Source of the DNA: Muribaculaceae bacterium
GTDB taxonomy: Bacteria > Bacteroidota > Bacteroidia > Bacteroidales > Muribaculaceae
Direction of reading: 5' to 3'
Assembly (NCBI GenBank): GCA_016287065.1
Contig: JAEEVB010000001.1
Coordinates: 1 to 32,515 of the forward strand
DNA length: 32,515 nt
In this document: in pieces, positions 9,510 through 17,796 of the stretch
Layout: every line of letters starts with the position of its first letter
Numbering within the stretch: position 1 is the first letter of the stretch
Translations under genes and position numbers: made by a program
Notes under the pieces: model-generated
Told to the model about the DNA's origin: nothing
What the model saw: the letters and a program-made list of their open reading frames with translations, nothing else
Databases searched by the model: none

Positions 9510-10418
9510 TTAATCCAAAATGTTGACATCTTCATAATACGGGTAATAATTTTTCCAGAGCCTGTGTGTCTCGCATCCGGTTCTGTACACATGCTCCGGG
9601 GTGTTCATGTTGAGGCTGAGGTGCGGCCTCTCAGCGTTGTAGAGGAGAATGGCCCTGTACAGCCGCATGCCCAGCCCTGTCATGGAGACTTCCAGCGGGT
9701 ACAGGTACTCGTTCTTGACGGTGCCGTTCACGCGCTCAGCGATGGGATTATCCCTGGGGTCGCCACTCTCGGTCATGGAGATGATCATGTCATGCTTGCG
9801 CATCAGCTTCACATACTGCATCGAGCAGTATTGCGAGCCACGGTCGGAGTGGTGGATGATGGGCAGGTGGCGGTACTGCGGGTTCCTGCCCCTGAGTGCC
9901 ATCTTCAGGGCCTCGGCGGCGTTGCCGGTGCGCATGTTGTCGGAGACTTTCCAGCCCACCACCATCCTCGAGTACACGTCTGTGACCAGGAAGATGTACC
10001 TGTTCAGGCCGCCGACGCACAGATAGGTGATGTCGGTGACCCACACCTCGTCGGGCCTTGTGGGCACGAGCTCCTTTACGGCGTTGGGGTATGTGTGCAG
10101 GCCATGGCCGGAGAACGTGGTCCGCTTGTGGCGCCTGCGTCTGCGTACCAGAAGCCCGGCCTCGCGCATGATGTCGAAAAGGCTGTCACGGCCCACCTCT
10201 ATGCCGCAGTCGCGCTCCAGCATCACCTTCAGCTTGCGCACGCCCATCCTGGGATGCCTCCTGCGTATCCTGCGCACGGCCTCCAGTATCCTGTCTATCT
10301 CCACCGAGGACTCGTAGCCATGACGGAAGCCACGGTAGTATGCCTGTCTTGAATAGCCAAACAGTCCGCAAGCCTCATCCACCGTAACCCGGGGATGCAG
10401 CTCGCGTAGACGGCTCAC
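9510..10418 (-). CDS. IS3-family transposase OrfB (DDE integrase core)
   Basis: WVTDITY, HHSDRGSQY, DNPIAERVNGTVKNE and YNAERPHLSL motifs. Confidence 0.95.
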   Translation of the reverse strand: MSRLRELHPRVTVDEACGLFGYSRQAYYRGFRHGYESSVEIDRILEAVRRIRRRHPRMGVRKLKVMLERDCGIEVGRDSLFDIMREAGLLVRRRRRHKRTTFSGHGLHTYPNAVKELVPTRPDEVWVTDITYLCVGGLNRYIFLVTDVYSRMVVGWKVSDNMRTGNAAEALKMALRGRNPQYRHLPIIHHSDRGSQYCSMQYVKLMRKHDMIISMTESGDPRDNPIAERVNGTVKNEYLYPLEVSMTGLGMRLYRAILLYNAERPHLSLNMNTPEHVYRTGCETHRLWKNYYPYYEDVNILD

Positions 10419-10777
10419 TGTTTGGCTCCTGGTTTTTTTCTTATCGGGATCTTGAGCTCGTTCTCGGCGATGTCGATCATTATCTCCAGCCCCTCGATGC
10501 GCAGCCTCGCCAGCTCGAGCTCCCTGCGGAGACGTCTGTTCTCGTGCTCCAGGCTCTCGTTCGCTCCGGATACGGCAGGCAGTTCTATCTTTCGTCCTTT
10601 CATGTCAATCAGTCTTTTTGCGTTTGGGTCCACAAAGGTACGAATCCAATTCATAATTAGACTGTTTCCACGTAACTTATATTTCTCAATAATTTTCCGA
10701 CGGTCTATGTCCGTCTCGCAATACTCCTTGATTATGAGCATCTTCTCGTAATCCGTCTTTCGGTTGTCTGGTCTCAT
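10415..10777 (-). CDS. IS3-family transposase OrfA (HTH plus coiled coil)
   Basis: Ends IRKKPGAKQ; GTGA overlap with OrfB, which is in the -1 frame. Confidence 0.88.
   Translation of the reverse strand: MRPDNRKTDYEKMLIIKEYCETDIDRRKIIEKYKLRGNSLIMNWIRTFVDPNAKRLIDMKGRKIELPAVSGANESLEHENRRLRRELELARLRIEGLEIMIDIAENELKIPIRKKPGAKQ
10432..10439 (-). other. Probable -1 programmed frameshift site (A7C) producing OrfAB
   Basis: AGA AAA AAA CCA near the end of orfA; the -1 frame reads AAA ACC AGG AGC CAA ACA GTG into orfB without a stop. Confidence 0.65.
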
Positions 10778-10829
10778 AATAATACTGTTTTTTGTTTACA
10801 ACTTTGTAAACCCATTTCAGGACAAGTCA

Positions 10830-11080
10830 ATGGAGGGGAAGCGTGGGAAAGATGGGAAAGATGGGAAAAACGGGAAATTGTGGAAATTTGCGGATTTGGG
10901 CGGCGGACAGGGCACGCCCTATCCCTACATTTTGACAGTGATTTCGAAGACTCGGGATGGAGTGGATGCATGGGAAAAACGGGAAAAACGGGAAATTTGA
11001 GAAAAACGAGAATGATTCTTAAAGGGCTTGGAGAACTTGGAGAACTCGGAGGGCTTGGAGAGAATGGCGGGCTTGGGAAA
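10830..11080. repeat. Composite intergenic repeat, copy A: G-rich 9-mers, GTAG-type REP palindrome (10905-10928), further 9-mer tandem repeats
   Basis: GGGAAAGAT, GGGAAAAAC and CTTGGAGAA units. GGACAGGGC-AC-GCCCTATCC-CTAC. 10830-10937 aligns with 22785-22917. Confidence 0.8.
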
Positions 11081-11360
11081 GATGGGGTAATAGATGTTTT
11101 CATGTTAATTCTTATTTGGACTCATGTAGGCAAAAATAATGGATGTAGAGCGTGAAAGAAATGACAATTACACACATGATGTTGGGTAAGGGAGGTCTCG
11201 TTGTATTTAAAAAAGGTGAAAAGGAGGCATTGCACAAGCCAAAAATTGAGATAAATCGGAAAAAAATCATTTACTTTGCAGTTTGATTGAAGGATGGGTG
11301 CAACCCCTTGTGCGGTTGCGGCATCATAAACAAAACGAAAACAAACAACAAAAACTGAAT

Positions 11361-12905
11361 ATGGCACAAAAAGAAGACGTTTTCAAGAAAATTGTATCGC
11401 ACGCTAAAGAGTATGGGTTCGTGTTCCCTTCAAGTGAAATCTACGACGGCCTCGGCGCCGTGTACGACTACGGACAGAATGGCGTGGAGTTGAAAAACAA
11501 CATCAAGCGCTACTGGTGGGAGTCGATGACACTGCTCCACGAGAACATCGTGGGCATCGACTCGGCTATCTTCATGCATCCCACCATCTGGAAGGCCAGC
11601 GGCCATGTCGACGCATTCAACGACCCTCTCATCGATAACAAGGACAGCAAGAAGCGCTATCGCGCCGACGTGCTCATTGAAGACGAAATCGCTAAGATAG
11701 AAGAGAAGATCGACAAAGAGGTGGCCAAGGCCGCCAAGCGCTTTGGCGACAGCTTCGACGAGGCAATGTTCCGCCAGACCAACGGCCGCGTGCTTGAGCA
11801 CCAGCAGAAACGCGATGTGCTTCACAGCCGCTACGAGAAAGCGATGAACGACAACGACCTGAAAGAGTTGCGTCAAATCATCGAGGACTACGCCATCGTC
11901 GACCCCATCTCGGGCACTCGCAACTGGACCGATGTGCGCCAGTTCAACCTCATGTTCAAGACCCAGATGGGCAGTAGCGCCGACGCTACGATGGACGTGT
12001 ATCTGCGTCCCGAAACGGCTCAAGGCATCTTCGTGAACTTCCTGAATGTGCAAAAGACCGGCCGCATGCGTCTGCCCTTCGGTATCGCTCAAATCGGCAA
12101 GGCCTTCCGCAACGAGATTGTGGCTCGCCAGTTCATCTTCAGAATGCGCGAGTTTGAACAGATGGAGATGCAATTCTTTGTGCGTCCCGGCGAAGAGCTC
12201 AACTACTTCGAAATGTGGAAAGAGACCCGCATGAAGTGGCACAAGGCGCTGGGCATGGGCGATGAGAAATATCGCTACCATGACCACGAGAAGCTGGCAC
12301 ACTATGCCAACGCCGCCACCGATATCGAGTTCCAGATGCCCTTCGGTTTCAAGGAGGTGGAAGGTATTCACAGCCGTACCAACTTCGACCTCTCGCAGCA
12401 TGAGAAATTCTCGGGCAAGAAGATTCAGTACTTCGACCCCGAACTCAACGAGTCCTATACTCCCTATGTGATCGAAACCTCGATTGGCGTTGACCGCATG
12501 TTCCTCTCGGTGCTCTGCTCCAGCTACGAAGAGCAGCAGCTCGAAGGCGGCGACACCCGTGTGGTGCTGCACCTGCCCAAGGCACTGGCTCCCGTGAAGT
12601 GCGCTATTCTGCCTCTGGTGAAGAAGGACGGCATGCCCGAGAAAGCACGCGAAATTATGGATATGCTCAAGTTCGACTTCGCTTGCCAGTATGAGGAGAA
12701 AGACTCGGTGGGCAAGCGCTACCGCCGCCAGGATGCCATCGGCACCCCCTTCTGCATCACTATCGACGGCCAGACCGTTGAGGACAACACCGTGACACTG
12801 CGCGACCGTGACACCATGCAACAGGAGCGTGTGGCCATCAGCGAACTGCCTCGCATCATTGGCGAAGCATGCAGCCTGAACAACCTGCTCAAGAAACTTG
12901 TGTAA
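11361..12905 (+). CDS. glyQS: Glycine--tRNA ligase (alpha2, eukaryote/archaea-like)
   Basis: YDYGQNG, WKASGHVDAF, LRPETAQG, FRNEI, REFEQME, GKRYRRQDAIGTP. Likely start is MAQKED at 11361 after an AT-rich leader, not 11283. Confidence 0.97.
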   Translation: MAQKEDVFKKIVSHAKEYGFVFPSSEIYDGLGAVYDYGQNGVELKNNIKRYWWESMTLLHENIVGIDSAIFMHPTIWKASGHVDAFNDPLIDNKDSKKRYRADVLIEDEIAKIEEKIDKEVAKAAKRFGDSFDEAMFRQTNGRVLEHQQKRDVLHSRYEKAMNDNDLKELRQIIEDYAIVDPISGTRNWTDVRQFNLMFKTQMGSSADATMDVYLRPETAQGIFVNFLNVQKTGRMRLPFGIAQIGKAFRNEIVARQFIFRMREFEQMEMQFFVRPGEELNYFEMWKETRMKWHKALGMGDEKYRYHDHEKLAHYANAATDIEFQMPFGFKEVEGIHSRTNFDLSQHEKFSGKKIQYFDPELNESYTPYVIETSIGVDRMFLSVLCSSYEEQQLEGGDTRVVLHLPKALAPVKCAILPLVKKDGMPEKAREIMDMLKFDFACQYEEKDSVGKRYRRQDAIGTPFCITIDGQTVEDNTVTLRDRDTMQQERVAISELPRIIGEACSLNNLLKKLV

Positions 12906-12935
12906 CAACTCATCAATCATAAAACCACAACGATA

Positions 12936-13490
12936 ATGAGAAAATTCCCAATCATATTGCTGCTGTGCATGGCCATGAGCACCTTGTTCAGCGCCTGCTT
13001 CGAAAAGGACGATGACGGTTCTAGTAGCTGGGCCAAAGCCAACATGGACTGGCTCGAAGACCAGATGAAACTGAAAGATGATGACGGCAATGACTTCTAT
13101 GAGGCAATCATAGCTCCGTGGGACGAGAGTGCACTAATACTGATGCACTGGTTCAATGACACCAACCTCACCCGCAACAACCTGAAGCCGCTCTACACAT
13201 CGATGGTCGACGTGAAATACTATGGCCGCTACTACAATAACGAACCCCTCGACTCGTCGTATGCCCGCACCAGTCCGGCCGACAGCATATTCCGCACCAG
13301 GCTCAATAGCGGCATCATAGCCGGCTGGGCTTTGGCAATCACCAATATGCACATAGGCGATAGCGTGCGCGTAGTCATCCCCTACAACATGGGCTATGGC
13401 ACCACAGCCTACGGTGCTATCAAGGGCTACACCAACCTGGAATTTGACCTGAAGTTGGTGGGAATACCCTTCTACGAAGTTAAACCTTAA
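12936..13490 (+). CDS. FKBP-type peptidyl-prolyl isomerase, lipoprotein
   Basis: Lipobox LFSAC; VDVKYYG, LDSS, IAGW, MHIGD, IPYNMGYG, LEFDLKL. Confidence 0.9.
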   Translation: MRKFPIILLLCMAMSTLFSACFEKDDDGSSSWAKANMDWLEDQMKLKDDDGNDFYEAIIAPWDESALILMHWFNDTNLTRNNLKPLYTSMVDVKYYGRYYNNEPLDSSYARTSPADSIFRTRLNSGIIAGWALAITNMHIGDSVRVVIPYNMGYGTTAYGAIKGYTNLEFDLKLVGIPFYEVKP

Positions 13491-13525
13491 CCGACCGACA
13501 CAACAACGAGGAGAACAAGACACAG

Positions 13526-14770
13526 ATGGAATATGTGAACGCATTCCTGTCGATGCTCAATGCCATGTCGCCCTACCTGCTGCTGGGCTTCCTCATAGCA
13601 GGTGTGCTGCATGCCTTTGTGCCATCGCGTATCTATTCTCGTTACCTGTCAGGCACTGGACTCAAGTCGGTGACTACTGCTGCCGCGATAGGCATTCCGT
13701 TGCCGCTGTGCTCGTGTGGCGTGCTGCCCACTGCCGTGGCACTGCGCCGTGCAGGTGCTTCGCGTGCCGCCAGCACATCCTTCCTCATTGCTACTCCACA
13801 GACCGGAGTGGACAGTATTGCAGCCACCTACTCTATGCTGGGTCTGCCGTTTGCCATTCTGCGCCCCGTTGCCGCCTTGGTCACAGCCATGTTTGGCGGG
13901 CTAACGGTGGGAGCGCTTGAGCGCCAAGGCAAGTTCGACACCAGCAAGACCGAATGTGATGACACTTGCGCCACCGAACAAATTCCCCACAGCTTTGCAG
14001 GCCGAATCGCCGAATCGCTGCGCTACGGCTTCTTCGAAATGATGCAGAACATAGGCAAGTGGCTCGTGATAGGCCTTGTGATTGCCACACTCATCACGGT
14101 GCTTGTACCTGATGATTTCTTCCAGACCTATGCCCAGCACAGCTGGCTCAATATGTTTGTGGTGGTAGCCATCTCGGTGCCTATGTATGTGTGCGCCACC
14201 GGATCTATCCCCATTGCTGCCGCACTCATGCTCAAGGGGCTGTCGCCCGGCTGTGCCCTGGTGCTGCTCATGGCTGGACCGGCCGCCAACGTCGCCTCGT
14301 TCTTTGTGGTGAATCAGGCCTTCGGCAAGCGTGCCACCCTCACCTATATCGCTTCGATCGTGATTGGCGCCATGGGCTTCGGTCTGCTTGTTGACTACTG
14401 GCCCGGACTGCGCGAAACCTTCGTTCAAGCCATGCCACACATGCATCACAGTCACGCCATGCAGGCCGGGTGGTTCAGCCTCACTTGCAGCGCACTGCTC
14501 ATTGCACTGCTGCTTGCAGCGATGTCGGCTAAATATTTGAAATCTTATCAACTTAATAAAAACCAAACAAATAACATGAAACAATTCAAGATTAAAGGAA
14601 TGAGCTGCAATCACTGCAAGGCCAGTGTGGAGAAAGGACTCTCGGCACTACCCGGTGTGACCAGCGTGCAAGTGGACCTTGCCAAAGGCATAGCCTATGT
14701 GGAAGGCGACTGCGACCCGCAAGCCGCCATCGACAAAATCAACGAACTGGGCTTTGAATATGTGGAATAA
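13526..14770 (+). CDS. SO_0444/ArsP-like heavy-metal permease with C-terminal HMA (CopZ-like) domain
   Basis: PLPLCSCGVLP, ATPQTGVDS, YVCATGSIP motifs; multiple hydrophobic segments; GMSCNHC. Confidence 0.9.
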   Translation: MEYVNAFLSMLNAMSPYLLLGFLIAGVLHAFVPSRIYSRYLSGTGLKSVTTAAAIGIPLPLCSCGVLPTAVALRRAGASRAASTSFLIATPQTGVDSIAATYSMLGLPFAILRPVAALVTAMFGGLTVGALERQGKFDTSKTECDDTCATEQIPHSFAGRIAESLRYGFFEMMQNIGKWLVIGLVIATLITVLVPDDFFQTYAQHSWLNMFVVVAISVPMYVCATGSIPIAAALMLKGLSPGCALVLLMAGPAANVASFFVVNQAFGKRATLTYIASIVIGAMGFGLLVDYWPGLRETFVQAMPHMHHSHAMQAGWFSLTCSALLIALLLAAMSAKYLKSYQLNKNQTNNMKQFKIKGMSCNHCKASVEKGLSALPGVTSVQVDLAKGIAYVEGDCDPQAAIDKINELGFEYVE

Positions 14771-14828
14771 CCCCTCGGCGCAACCCCGATATTTCAACCT
14801 AAATAATTATCTATAAACCAAAACAATT

Positions 14829-16856
14829 ATGAAGTATTTCAAAATCACTCTGATTGCTGCCATCGCTTCAGTGACCACACTGAGCGCCACGGCACAAGGA
14901 ATCCCGGCCGGTGTGAACCGTGCCGACATGGACCTCACCGTTTCGCCCGGTGAAGACTTTTTCCAGTATGCTGGCGGTGGCTGGATGAAAGCCAATCCCC
15001 TGAAACCTGAGTATGCCAGCTACGGCATCTTCAACGACCTTGCCGAGAAGAACCGCGAACAATTGAAGGAAATCTTCGACAACCTGGCAAAGGAGAAGCA
15101 TGCACGCGGCACAGTGGGCCAGAAAGTGACCGACCTGTTCAACCTGGCCATGGACAGCGTGCGCCTGAACCGTGAGGGCGCTGCTCCCCTGATGCAGGAT
15201 CTTGCAAATGTGCAAGCCTTCAAGAAAGCTAACCTCACCCCGTTTATCGCTGACCAGCACCTGCACCTCGCCAACCCATTCTTCGGCATTGCCGTGGAGG
15301 CTGACCTGATGAACAGCGACATGAATGTGCTCTACATGGAAGCCGGCACAAGCGGCCTGCCCGACCGTGACTACTATCTGAACACCGATGCCGACAGCAA
15401 GAAGATTCAGCAAGCCTACATCGACTACCTCGTGAAGATGTACATGCTCGCCGGTTACAAGAAAGGCGACGCCAAGAAGGCCGCCAAGACGGTGTATGAC
15501 ATCGAGTATCAGTTTGCCCAGGCCTCGATGAGCCGTGCTGAAGCCCGCGACTACACCAAGCAATACAATATCTTCACCCTCGATATGCTGCAAGAGCGCT
15601 ATCCCGCCATCAACTGGCGCCAGTACTTCGACCTGATGGGACTGCCCAGCACCAAGCAGGTGATTCTCACCCAGCCCAAGGTGATGGATGTAGCCCAGAA
15701 GTTGATGACCAGCCTCAGCGAGAAGCAAATCAAGGACTACGTTACCAAGGACGTGATTGGCAGTGCCGCCGGCACACTGAGCGACGAATTCCGTGATACC
15801 AGCTTCGAGTTCTACGGCAAGATGCTCAGTGGCCAGCAGGAACAACAGGCCCGCTGGAAACGTGCCATGAACTTCCCCAACTCCATGCTGAGCGAGGCTG
15901 TGGGCGAACTCTATGTGAACAAATACTTTGCTCATGGCAGCAAGGAGAAGATGCTCAAACTCATCGGCAACCTGCGCAAGGCTCTCGCATCTCGTATCGC
16001 AAGCCTCACCTGGATGAGCGACAGCACCAAGATCAACGCACTGGTGAAACTCAATGCCTTCACCGTGAAGGTGGGCTATCCCGACAAGTGGCGCGACTAC
16101 AGCAAGCTCGACATCGATCCCGCCCTCTCGCTCTATGAGAATGTGAAGCGTGCCAGCTATGTGGAGACCCGTCGCAACCTCGACAAGATGGACAAGCCTG
16201 TGGACAAGGAAGAATGGGGCATGCCTCCTCAAATGGTAAACGCCTACTACAACCCCACCACCAACGAAATCTGCTTCCCGGCAGCCATTCTGCAATCGCC
16301 CTTCTTCGACGTGAATGCCGACGATGCCACCAACTACGGTGCCATCGGCGTGGTGATTGGCCACGAGATGACTCACGGATTTGACGACCAGGGACGCACG
16401 TTCAATGCCGACGGCAACATGATTGACTGGTGGACACCTCAAGACGCTGAGAAGTTTACGGCTGCAGCCGAGAAACTCGCTCAGCAATTCGACGAAGTGG
16501 TTGTTGTGAAGGACCTTCACGCTAACGGACACCTCACCCTGGGCGAGAACATCGCCGACCAGGGCGGTCTGCGCATTGCCTACGATGCCTTCCGCAACAC
16601 CCAGCAGTTTACCGAGGGTAAGATGCTCGACGGCTTCACCCCTGCACAGCGCTTCTACCTGAGCTATGGCCGCATCTGGGCCGAGAACAGGACCGAAGAG
16701 TCGATCTTCCAACAGACCAAGAGCGACCCGCACTCGATTGGCCGCAACCGCGTGAACGTGACGCTGCGCAACATCGACACCTTCTTCGACGCCTTTGGCA
16801 TCAAGAAGGGCGACAAGATGTGGCGTGACCCCGCCGACCGTGCTATCGTGTGGTAA
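14829..16856 (+). CDS. pepO: M13-family metalloendopeptidase (PepO-like)
   Basis: DFFQYAGGGW, VNAYY, GHEMTHGFD, GENIADQGG, DPHS; signal peptide. Confidence 0.93.
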   Translation: MKYFKITLIAAIASVTTLSATAQGIPAGVNRADMDLTVSPGEDFFQYAGGGWMKANPLKPEYASYGIFNDLAEKNREQLKEIFDNLAKEKHARGTVGQKVTDLFNLAMDSVRLNREGAAPLMQDLANVQAFKKANLTPFIADQHLHLANPFFGIAVEADLMNSDMNVLYMEAGTSGLPDRDYYLNTDADSKKIQQAYIDYLVKMYMLAGYKKGDAKKAAKTVYDIEYQFAQASMSRAEARDYTKQYNIFTLDMLQERYPAINWRQYFDLMGLPSTKQVILTQPKVMDVAQKLMTSLSEKQIKDYVTKDVIGSAAGTLSDEFRDTSFEFYGKMLSGQQEQQARWKRAMNFPNSMLSEAVGELYVNKYFAHGSKEKMLKLIGNLRKALASRIASLTWMSDSTKINALVKLNAFTVKVGYPDKWRDYSKLDIDPALSLYENVKRASYVETRRNLDKMDKPVDKEEWGMPPQMVNAYYNPTTNEICFPAAILQSPFFDVNADDATNYGAIGVVIGHEMTHGFDDQGRTFNADGNMIDWWTPQDAEKFTAAAEKLAQQFDEVVVVKDLHANGHLTLGENIADQGGLRIAYDAFRNTQQFTEGKMLDGFTPAQRFYLSYGRIWAENRTEESIFQQTKSDPHSIGRNRVNVTLRNIDTFFDAFGIKKGDKMWRDPADRAIVW

Positions 16857-16905
16857 ACCTATATAACCTCATCGAAGAACGATTTTTATCGTAGACCTTA
16901 ACATT

Positions 16906-16946
16906 GTGTAGCAAAAAATGTGAAAAAGGCACATTTTTTGCTACAC
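16906..16946. terminator. Perfect 17-bp inverted repeat after pepO (probable terminator)
   Basis: GTGTAGCAAAAAATGTG-aaaaagg-CACATTTTTTGCTACAC. Confidence 0.65.
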
Positions 16947-16962
16947 TTTCGTTACAAATGAT

Positions 16963-16970
16963 TATATTTG
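16963..16970 (+). promoter_or_regulatory. -7 box TATATTTG for the 17057 gene
   Basis: TAnnTTTG with a TTTG at 16937-16940. Confidence 0.55.
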
Positions 16971-17056
16971 CACCGCACGTGGCTCATCACTTAGCATGAA
17001 ACGCCACTGCAAACGAGAACTTTAACGATTAACAACCCATAAAAAAATTAACGACA

Positions 17057-17596
17057 ATGAAAAAGATTATCTTCTTGCTGGTAGCCGCCCTATTGCTCGG
17101 CACTGGCACTATCGACGCTCAAAAAGCCCGTAAGAAGGGTAAAGCAAAAGCCAAGACCTCTATCGTGGCTAAACCAGGTGCAGCATCAGTCACTGCTTTT
17201 ACCGGCACCTATGAGAACAGTTACAGCGACGGCATTGGCGGTATGGTAACCGACTACCTGGCAGTGGACTTTGACGAAGCCACCGGCACAGCTACCGGTA
17301 CCTACAAGAACGAGATGGGCGACCTGAAGACCTTCAGCGGCAAGCTGCAAGGGGGCAAGCTGGTGTGCACCTTCGACGAAGATGGCGACACCTTTGCCAC
17401 GATGCACTTCTACGATGGCAACACGCTGAAGCTCGAAGGCTTCACGGGCACTTTCAAACGCACATCTTACACCTATAAGGCCGTTGAGCCCGATGCACCC
17501 CAGGAAGTGACTCCCGCAGGCAGCGTGTCACTCGAGGAGGCTGCTGAGCAAGTGCGCCGCGCAGCCGCAGCTGGTGCACCTACCCCAACCCGCTAA
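17057..17596 (+). CDS. Hypothetical secreted beta-rich protein
   Basis: Signal peptide, Lys-rich N-terminus, AT-rich leader, host-like codon usage. Confidence 0.8.
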   Translation: MKKIIFLLVAALLLGTGTIDAQKARKKGKAKAKTSIVAKPGAASVTAFTGTYENSYSDGIGGMVTDYLAVDFDEATGTATGTYKNEMGDLKTFSGKLQGGKLVCTFDEDGDTFATMHFYDGNTLKLEGFTGTFKRTSYTYKAVEPDAPQEVTPAGSVSLEEAAEQVRRAAAAGAPTPTR

Positions 17597-17661
17597 TCCA
17601 CTGACAGACAGCATTATCGGTAATAGTTACCAAAAACAAGAGGCTGCCGATATAGCACAAG

Positions 17662-17699
17662 ATAAGGAGAATGGCTTTGATGCCATTCTCCTTATTTTC
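17662..17699. terminator. Intrinsic terminator between convergent genes
   Basis: ATAAGGAGAATGGC-tttgat-GCCATTCTCCTTAT followed by TTT. Confidence 0.8.
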
Positions 17700-17796
17700 A
17701 TTAACACTCCAAGCAAGTTATCACAGGCATGGAGGCTAGCTTACTCGCAAATCGGTCATTAGACCGAGAAGGATTTACTCGCAACCAAACGATTTT

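Larger units (their letters stand above)
9346..10829 (-). mobile_element. IS3-family insertion sequence, about 1484 bp
   Basis: Imperfect terminal IRs TGTAGCGTCCTGAAAAAAGTTTACA (9346-9370) and reverse-complement TGACTTGTCCTGAAATGGGTTTACA (10829-10805). TG...CA ends; orfA/orfB organisation. Confidence 0.92.

Noticed and set aside
10764-11155. Small Pro-rich or Gly-rich ORFs over the repeat (also 22730..23189)
   Set aside because: They arise from 9-bp periodic, stop-poor repeats; no sign of coding function.
11270-11280. glyQS promoter box or T-box leader
   Set aside because: TTACTTTG deviates from TAnnTTTG, and the leader is too short and lacks T-box motifs.
11283-11360. N-terminal extension of GlyRS in the ORF track
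   Set aside because: The AT-rich leader and family N-terminus point to ATG 11361.
11430-16733. Long antisense ORFs (11430..12920, 14868..16733, and similar ones over the amylases, terminase and 30802..31755)
   Set aside because: They lie opposite well-supported genes with GC-rich third positions, and have no motifs or leaders; they are shadow ORFs.
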